Positions 55,030 through 64,000 of a stretch of 64,000 nucleotides of DNA are shown here, piece by piece (position 1 is the first letter of the stretch; the number at the start of each line of letters is the position of its first letter). Source of the DNA: Eledone cirrhosa (Eukaryota); NCBI GenBank assembly GCA_964016885.1, contig OZ024741.1, positions 383,532,001 through 383,596,000 of the forward strand, given 5' to 3'. A model generated the notes under the pieces. That model was not told where the DNA came from. It did no database searches and saw only the letters and a program-made list of their open reading frames with translations. The translations under genes and the position numbers were made by a program.

Positions 55030-55749
55030 TTAAAATAACACATTAAACTTAAGTAAAGAATCGCTGCTTTCACCCTTAACGCGATTGTGTGACATTAAAA
55101 AAACCCAATCAGTGAACGTAGAGTAAATATTTCGAAAAACGTTGCAACCGAAGGAAAACAGGAAGACGATACTTTGGTTCGTGAAGACGTTCTCTGGCAA
55201 TGAACAGAAAAAAGCGAGGATAATACGTCGTTATGTGGAACGTTGAGAACCATTACACGCAAAGACAAAACCATGTTTATGGTATAAATGAAGTCGTAGA
55301 TTAATATTCTTTTAGGAAACCGAATGATTCTCGGCTTCGGAGTTAAGAATAATGTAAATAAATGTGTTGAACGAAAATAACAGAGGTTATTAAAATCATA
55401 AAAGTAATAATAATTAAATATATACGTACACACATCTATACACGTGCATAGGCGCAAATACACGCCATACATACATATATACATGCACATACAAATAGAC
55501 GCGCGCACACGTACGTAAACCCGGCGCGACACATATACCCGCTTACACATATATATATGTGTATTTGGTGTGTATGCTCGTATCGTCTTCCTGTTTTCAT
55601 TCAGTTGCAACGTTTTTCGGAATATCTTCTGCGTTCACAGATTGATTCTCTTTAGTTTCAGAAGATCCCGTTAAAGGAGCAAGCAGCGATTCTTTGATTA
55701 AATTTAATCTGTTATCTTAATAAATATATATATATATATATTGTGTATG

Positions 55750-55799
<50 letters not shown>

Positions 55800-55809
55800 C
55801 GTGTGTGTA

Positions 55810-55867
<58 letters not shown>

Positions 55868-56124
55868 AAATAGACGCGCGCACACGTACGTAAACCCGGC
55901 GCGACACATATACCCGCTTACACATATATATATGTGTATTTGGTGTGTATGCTCGTATCGTCTTCCTGTTTTCATTCAGTTGCAACGTTTTTCGGAATAT
56001 CTTCTGCGTTCACAGATTGATTCTCTTTAGTTTCAGAAGATCCCGTTAAAGGAGCAAGCAGCGATTCTTTGATTAAATTTAATCTGTTATCTTAATAAAT
56101 ATATATATATATATATTGTGTATG

Positions 56125-56180
<56 letters not shown>

Positions 56181-56190
56181 CGTGTGTGTA

Positions 56191-56242
<52 letters not shown>

Positions 56243-56243
56243 A
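55030..56243. repeat. F6 fragments in both orientations plus ~375-bp tandem duplication
   Basis: Units start at 55491 and 55866; 55040-55200 is inverted relative to 55580-55720. Confidence 0.8.
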
Positions 56244-56658
56244 ACATAGCTACTACGAGTAAGCAACCTATCTTTTGCAATATATTTGTATATCCTATCT
56301 TTTGCAATATATTTGTATATATTTGTATATATAATGCTCGGTTTGTTTGTAAACAAACAGCCCGAATTATTAGCCGTATAGTGTTTGGCAACCATCGTTA
56401 CCCTTTTGTTCAACACTAACAAAGGAACGATGTACTAGTTTCTAGGTTATTAGCTGTCATCAGCACCGTATACCTTCCTCTCAATCGATTGAACATTTGA
56501 AAGTATATACTTTCCTGATGGATATTAACGGCTGAGCAGCCTAATTTGCATATCGAGTGAGTTAGTCTGCCGGACGTACCGAAAGCGATAAATGGAAAAA
56601 ATGGAATTTCATTTCTCACTCTTAGTACGGCTGATACTTAAATATAAGTGTGTATATG

Positions 56659-56801
<143 letters not shown>

Positions 56802-56942
56802 ATACTTTGGGAGGGTCATGTTGCCAATAAGAAACACACGCACCAATAGCTTTCACTTCAATTTATTATAACAAATTTATAAATTTAGGAATTTATAAAT
56901 TTCCGGTTGGTTGGTTCCATAATCAGGTGGTTGTTTATATAT

Positions 56943-56987
56943 TGTCAAAGTTCTTTCGTCACACATTTTGTGATCTCTTCAGTGACT
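56943..56987 (-). ncRNA. pLTR hammerhead (B)
   Basis: gtca-CTGAAGA-gatcac/gtgac-GAAA-gaac-TT-tgac. Confidence 0.6.
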
Positions 56988-57187
56988 GGGGATTCTTTTC
57001 TTTGTTTTTGTGCCTCTCCTTTGTTCTGTCCTACGCCATTTTGTTTCTGTGTGTGTGTTGTGTGCTCAGTCTGCGCATGCGCCACATCCGGATGTCTGTG
57101 TGTGTTTATATTCGTTTATTTATTTGTTTATTTACATGTTACAGGTTGGTTGTTTGTTCTATGTGCGTGTGTGTTTTCATTTAATCC

Positions 57188-59550
57188 TTAATTGTAAGTT
57201 GTGATGTTGCTGTTCCACTCATATTTTCTATTTAATTTTGGTTGTAATTCTTTTATGTTTATTGCCTCTGTGATTTGTCTAAACATTGCGTCTTTCAGTG
57301 TGTAGATTCTATTTTTATTTCTATGTTCTCTAGTTTACCCTTATATTCTATTTTAGCATGTTGGTAGAGTACAGACGATTCTTTACTATCTTGAAGGTCT
57401 CGCCAGTGTTCATTTATCCGTTCCCCTACACTACGAGCTGTCTCACCTATGTACACTATATATTTGTCTCTACATTGTCCTTCAGTACATCTTATGCTAT
57501 ATACTACATTTCTAGTTTTACAGTTAATATGAGGGCTTAATTTACAGGTTATACATTTCTTATCTATACAGGGGGGTCTTTGAAAAGGGTATGTCTTGCT
57601 AATAAGTGTTTTTACGGAGGTACCTGGTCTTTCTACTATCTTAATATTTAGTTTATGTTTGTCTAGGGCCCTTCTAAATTTGTAAGCTAATTCACTCTGG
57701 TATTTATTGCTATCATACCATGAGTTTATTCTATTAGCCTTATTCCTAGTTCTTTCTATTCTATTCCAAAATTTGCTCCTATACAAGGGGCAGGTCCCAT
57801 TTGTGTCATTATTTACCATTATTTCCCATTTGGTTCTGGCTCCTCTATACACTCAGATTTTATCTCTCTGATTGTAACCAGAGAACTGCATACGGTGGAT
57901 GAAGTGTTGTATGTGTCTCTCTAGCTCTTCGGGGTTGCACATGCGGGACAAGTTTCTCATCACCCGTACCAAATCCGCAATCAGTATGTTGATTTTGGTA
58001 TGGTCCGAAACAGCTGAGTTTCGTTGGATCAGATATTTGGATGTCATGGGTTTGGCATAATGGGAATGGAGGATTTGTTTTTTGTTATTAATGGTATCTA
58101 ACCAGAGCTCTGTGTCTAGTACAGGTAATCGATGGTTGGGATGTTTACTTGGGTAGTCTATAGTAACTCTAATACTCTGGTGGATGGAGTTAGCTATTTG
58201 CTGGATGCTTTCCATTGTGTTTTTCTCTAATTCCTGACTGTTCTCTTGTGGGGGTGTTTTAACTACGATGTTTATATCATCAACGTAGCGGGAGTACATT
58301 ATCAGGATTAAGGGGTCTTCTAATTGTTCTTTAAGTTTAAGTTTAAGTCTACTGTCCCACCATACCATGAATAAGTTAGCTATGTCGCCTGCAATGCTAA
58401 CACCAATGGCTGCTCCTTCCTTTAGGGCATATGTTTTTCCATTAAATTTGAACATATGTTCCTTAAGGGTTAATTTTATGCTGGCCCCCACCGCATGTGC
58501 AATCATTTTCTTCAGTTCATCGTGGTTTTCAGGTGTCCGTATGGCTCTGGTCCACCCGTTCCATCTATCTGTGTGGGTTTTCTTGGCCATTGAGGTAATG
58601 GTAGGTGGCCTGCCTCTTGCTGGTCTTGTAGGGCACAGGTTGCTAAGGTCATATGTGTCTAGGTAATTATTACTATAGGTAACTTTAAGTAGGAGTCCCA
58701 GCTCACCGGTGTCAATCCCACGGAACTCAACATTGCTCTCACTGATCATTTCTAGGCATTTCTCCACAGCAAAATCCACATCAATAGATGGATACAGGGA
58801 CACAACATCCATACTATCTATTATACAGTTTGTTAGGTCTCTATATCGGTTACTCTCGCCGATTCTGCTGAGGAGGACCTCTGTACTGTCACATACATCT
58901 GGGGACATTTCAATGATGGGCGTATGATCAGGGAGAGGAAGTAGGACAGTCTGTAGTTACTAGCAATGTTAGCTCCACAGACTGGCCGTGTTGGTGGTCC
59001 CGTGACAGGGTCACTGCCCGTTTTATGGTCTTTTCGAAGCCCATACAACGCCGGCACGTCATTTTTCCAGGCCTGGAAGTTGTTGGCAGTCCTTTTGTTG
59101 GGCTGCATTATATTCGTCCACATCACCATACGCGCATTGAGGGCTTTTTCTCTATCCTCATGCTCCTGTGGTGTTACTTCTCTTGTGTTGGTGATGTGGG
59201 GTTGCATTGCCTGGATGTAGTTTGGCAGGCTGTCAACCGACATTCTGCCAGACTTGTCTGTTGGAAAGCATGCTATCTCTCCATTACGCGAGCGCTGCAT
59301 GAGCTTACGCAAGCCATTTGCAGACTTTTCTCCCAGTTGCTGGGCCTCCATTCTATTATGCTTCTTGCTATACTATTCTATAATATTTCTAAGTTCGGAT
59401 CTAGCTATACTAAATTGTGCTTCTGTTTGTTCATAGACTTGCGACGGGAATTGCGTGCGTTTGTTAAATGGTAAAGTCGTGGCGTGGACTCGTCGCAGGT
59501 CGAACAAAGCAGCAGCCTGGAACTCTACTTTTTATAATCCCTCCGATAAG
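57188..59550 (-). pseudogene. PLE RT plus GIY-YIG polyprotein, frameshifted
   Basis: PTDKSG, LYGLRKDHK, TRPV, SMDVVSLYPSI, GAAIG, RYVDD, LPVLDT, YIGETAR across ORFs 58833-59351, 57853-58908 and 57295-57852. Confidence 0.92.
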
Positions 59551-59961
59551 TCGTTCAAGATAGTAAAGAATCGTCTGTACTCTACCAACATGCTAAAATA
59601 GAACATAAGGGTAAACTAGAGAACATAGAAATAAAAATAGAATCTACACACAGAAAGACGCAATGTTTAGACAAATCACAGAGGCAATAAACATAAAAGA
59701 ATTACAACCAAAATTAAATAGAAAATATGAGTGGAACAGCAACATCACAACTTACAATTAAGGATTAAATGAAAACACACACACACATAGAACAAACAAC
59801 CAACCTGAAACATGTAAATAAACAAATAAATAAACGAATATAAACACACACAGACACCCGGATGTGGCGCATGCGCAGACTGAGCACACAACACACACAC
59901 AGAAACAAAATGGCGTAGGACAGAACAAAGGAGAGGCACAGAAACAAAGAAAAGAATCCCC

Positions 59962-60006
59962 AGTCACTGAAGAGGTCACACAATGTGTGACGAAAGAACT
60001 TTGACA
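59962..60006 (+). ncRNA. pLTR hammerhead (B)
   Basis: gtca-CTGAAGA-g-gtcacac/gtgtgac-GAAA-gaac-TT-tgac. Confidence 0.7.
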
Positions 60007-60214
60007 ATATAATTAACAACCACCTGATTATGGAACCAACCAACCAACCGGAAATTTATAAATTCCTAAATTTATAAATTTATTATAATAAATTGAAGTG
60101 AATGTTACTGGTGCGTGTGTTTCTTATTGGCAACATGACCCTCCCAAAGTATAACAATATCGGTTTCAACACACGTTTTCAGATAAAGAATCTTGCTCAA
60201 CAAATTCAGAAACG

Positions 60215-60248
<34 letters not shown>

Positions 60249-60294
60249 TGTGACGAAACACATGTCAATTGCATGAACTCATAATCCTCTATTT

Positions 60295-60350
60295 ACTGCT
60301 ATATATATTTCGATGATACCCATTGAATGGCTATGACCTCATCAGGCAGT
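60295..60350 (-). ncRNA. Type I hammerhead ribozyme (F8-related)
   Basis: actgc-CTGATGA-ggtcatagccatt/aatgggtatcatc-GAAA-tatata-TA-gcagt. Confidence 0.75.
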
Positions 60351-60850
60351 TAGTCTGTCCTTAGATATGCCAGCTCTGTGTGTATAGTGTTGATGGTATC
60401 AGAGCCTTTGGACATATGAGCTTGTTAGGAATATTTCGATGTTGTCAGCAGGAATAGTCTTGATTCTCATTGGTCAGTTTGTAGATGGTAGTAGGTTGGT
60501 ATTTGACCTCAAAGAGGCAGCTGGTTCTGTAAGATTCAAACCGTCAGGCAAGATGACAATAGTTCCACATGACTGATTTTCACAAAAGGCATTCTTGGTC
60601 AGATATATTTTTAAATAAGGTTAATAGTATGAAATCGATACTACAGGTCATTCTTAAATTGAGGAATGTATGTGGAGTGGTGCTACTGAAAATTATGATT
60701 GGAGTAGAAAGTTTACAAATAAAAGGCTTATGTATGTTGGCTTGCACTACACTCACACACACCTCCACACACACACACTTCCACACATACAAAAAGTGGG
60801 GTGGTAATACTTAATATAATGGTTAGAGTCCAATACTTAGATAGTTTAGA

Positions 60851-61198
60851 AAATTTAGAAATAAAGGGTTTCTGCTAGTTCACTTGTACATACATTTAGG
60901 AATATATCTCCGTTGAGTGCTCCCTATCCGCATACTGAAGTACTGGATTTTACCAACACTTACTTTCTGGCTTATATATATATGCCTTTTCATTCGTTCG
61001 GACAAAGCTCGTTGAGGAAGTAAATTTAGAAATAAAGGGTTTATGCTAGTTCACTTGTACATACATTTAGGAATATATCTTCGTTGAGTGCTCCCTATCC
61101 GCATACTGAAGTACTGGATTTTACCAACACTTACTTTCTGGCTTATATATATATGCCTTTTCATTCGTTCGGACAAAGCTCGTTGAGGAAGTAAATTT
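60851..61198. repeat. ~170-bp tandem duplication
   Basis: AAATTTAGAAATAAAGGGTTT...GTTGAGGAAGT twice. Confidence 0.9.
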
Positions 61199-62216
61199 CC
61201 CGTCCGCTGGCCTTTAGAAGTCTTATATATTTTTATGTGAGCTGATAGAGGGCAGTTTAAGGATTTACAGAAACCCAAGAAGCTAGATTTACCATCTTTC
61301 TAGCGGGTCCGGGTATGCTTTTTACATTCATTTGATTTATTGATTTATTGATATTTTTTCTGAGTGTCCCGAATCTTCCAGATCGCAATTTTTCGGACGT
61401 ACGGTTGATTATAGACTTGTTCTATGTGTGACGGTATTTTAACGATAGTTATAGCTCTGATTTATCTGAATTATTGAGCCCTCTGCCGCTCATTTTCGAA
61501 TTTTGTTTATCGTGAACTCGTGCGCCGATGTTTCGATACTCGAATATTCTACTACATATATATATATACATTTGTGTGTACGTATGTATTTGAAAATGTG
61601 TGTGCACGTATATGCATACATACCTACATACATACATATATGCATGCATATTTCATTAGCCACAAAACATGCTGTATCAGTACTAATGTTATATATCGAT
61701 ATAGATATCTATATATTCCTAAATATTTTATCAAAAAACAGATATTTTTCTTAAAGATGTCACTAAGAAAAAATAAAATAATATAACAGCAGCCCTTCGG
61801 CTTTATGAATTCAACATTATCTAGTATTTTATTTACATACTGTACTGAATTTTTTACTCATATTATTATTTCTGTTGAGAAAATAGCAACAACATGCACA
61901 CGCCTGTCATTAATCCTGATTTCAGAATAATATATCCAGTAGATACTTGTTTGGAGATGTTTCTGCTTGTACATAACCTCATACCCTTTCTCCTATATAT
62001 ATGTGTGTGTTGGCGCGTGTGTGAGTTTGTGTGTGTGTGTATGCATGACACGCCCATATAAAAAAATAATGCATGTGTGTCCATGTGTGTTTAGATGTGA
62101 GTGTGTGAGAAGGATGGCCAGGAATGTTTTCCAAATTATATGTAAAAAACAATGAATGTGCAAACTGTGGGCGTTTGTCTCAAATTATATATATAAATGT
62201 ATGTGGGAGGGATCTG

Positions 62217-62274
<58 letters not shown>

Positions 62275-62884
62275 TTTCTTCGTTTTTCGCTCATTAATAT
62301 TGTTTTCCTTGTTTTTATTATTATTTTTACGTAAACGCTCGCCTTCATGTTTAACTTTCGTTTGCAAAGTCACCTTCCCCCGAGACCCTTGAAGCAAATA
62401 GAAAAACATGTCAGAATTTGTTTTTTCGCTCTAGCATAGCGGATATGTAAATGTATCTATGAGTTTTAAATCGAATGATAATAATATTCGATTAGTTTGC
62501 AACCAAACAGCCTCATTACGTTATGTTCTAGCGGTAACACTGAGTAACAATCGACAATATTGTTTTGGGGTTGTCGCCTATTGTCAAGTTTATGTATGTC
62601 TTTTCTGTCACTCACTTTGAGTGGTGGCGTGATAGCGATGCTGAGACAGGGCACAACAGGACTATATAGACAAGTTCAGGTCAATAACTCTGCTAAACGT
62701 AGCGTTTAACATGTTGGTCAAGATGTTAGCGACGAGTTTGGCACTTGTAATCGGTAGTCTGGTAGGGGAGGTGCAATCATGCGCCATTCCGGACAGATCC
62801 TTCCAGGACAACCACCTCAACAACATCATCAAAAACAAGAGCACACTTGCTGCTGTTTTTTCTTTTTTTTTCTTTTTTTCTTTC

Positions 62885-63620
62885 TTACCGCAGGCGCCTG
62901 AGGCTTACCCTCAGTAGCGTTAGACTGGCGTGTGGGAGAAGCACGAGTTCAGCCATGCTGGAGCCGAGTTGGTGGTGATAACAATCCACCATCAAGGCCG
63001 GACATCTCATCCAAAGATGTTCAGAGGATTCTTCTTCCTCTCCGTACAGACGGCATGTGTTGATTTCCGCTTGGCCGATCATATGGAGCCATCTCCTTAA
63101 TGACGTGTGATGTCCACTGTGGAAGCGGACGAGATGGTTCCTATCTGCTTTGGAGAGAGTTTTCTCACTCTCTTCATTTGGGTGGGGGCTAAAGACTGAT
63201 TGTAGGCGTTGATGCTGAATCGGTGGTGGGCGAAATTTCCGGCGAATGACGGCGCGTCGGGTGGCGGCATCGATTGAACTTTCCAGTTGAGTAGATGCTG
63301 AGCATTGTTTCGCCTGGGTGTTCGCCAGTTCATTCCCTTTGATGTTACAGTGCCCCGAGACCCAGACAGCTGCTAAGGTTCTCCCCTTTGTGATTTTGTT
63401 AGCGATCCCTTGCAGTTTGGTAAAGAAAGGGTCATGGGGGAAGGGGTTGTTGACTGCTTGAACCAGCGACTTGCAGCCACAGATGATGACATTGGAGGAC
63501 TCCCAGCTGGTGTCTGCCTGTAACCATAGGAGGGCTTGTTTGAATGTAATTCTTTCAGACTGAAAGGAACTGCTACGAGCGCCCGTTGGAGCGTGCCACT
63601 CGTGAGACTACCTCTTCATT
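62885..63620 (-). mobile_element. I-group LINE 3' fragment (RNase H plus zinc knuckle)
   Basis: VWVSGHCNIKGNELANTQAK near 63310-63370; CRLYGEEEESSEHLWMRCP. Confidence 0.7.
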
Positions 63621-64000
63621 TGCTGCGGCAACTACAAAAAGGAAATATTTTGCATGGACTTGATAGACGACAAAGAACAACGTTTGTCCCGGGCATGGAA
63701 ACTTATCAAACGAGAGAAAACCTGGTCCAACCTAAGCGTCCCGCTTAAAACAATGGAGGCAGTGCAGCGAAGGACAATAGTATATAAATACCTTTCAGTG
63801 CAGGCATGCAAAGCGAATAGCCCCCACAAGGTGAGGTGGAGGCGGCACTGAAATGTATCCGACAAGACATCGAATATATAGAAAGTGGCAAACATTTCAG
63901 CACCATCTCGGTGCTGATTGAATCCTAGGCAACTAGCAATAAATCCCTCAGTGTCTACTTGTAGGATGGACCAGGTATATATATATAAGATACAGAGCTT

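Overview
Eukaryotic, AT-rich, gene-poor window saturated with (TA)n, (CA)n and (GA)n microsatellites and decayed transposons. The tRNA-derived Nin/Deu-domain SINE resembles the abundant octopus SINE, so a cephalopod origin is plausible but unproven. No host gene is firmly supported. Identifiable elements: two copies of a Penelope-like element (PLE; RT plus C-terminal GIY-YIG) with inverted pseudo-LTRs (pLTRs); three remnants of a second PLE type (CxC-CPL endonuclease, YRD-type RT); a Helitron Pif1 helicase fragment and an internally deleted Helitron; RTE, R4/Dong-like, CRE-like and RNase H-bearing LINE fragments; and SINEs. The main hidden signal is non-coding. About 30 type I hammerhead ribozyme (HHR) folds can be read by eye, mostly in fold-back cassettes (a long arm with tail plus a shorter inverted arm) set in (TA)n. 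They include two families with a compensatory U3-A8 core and several with a non-U base at position 4. All folds were paired by hand and none is shown to cleave. Most short ORFs in the supplied track are microsatellite artefacts.
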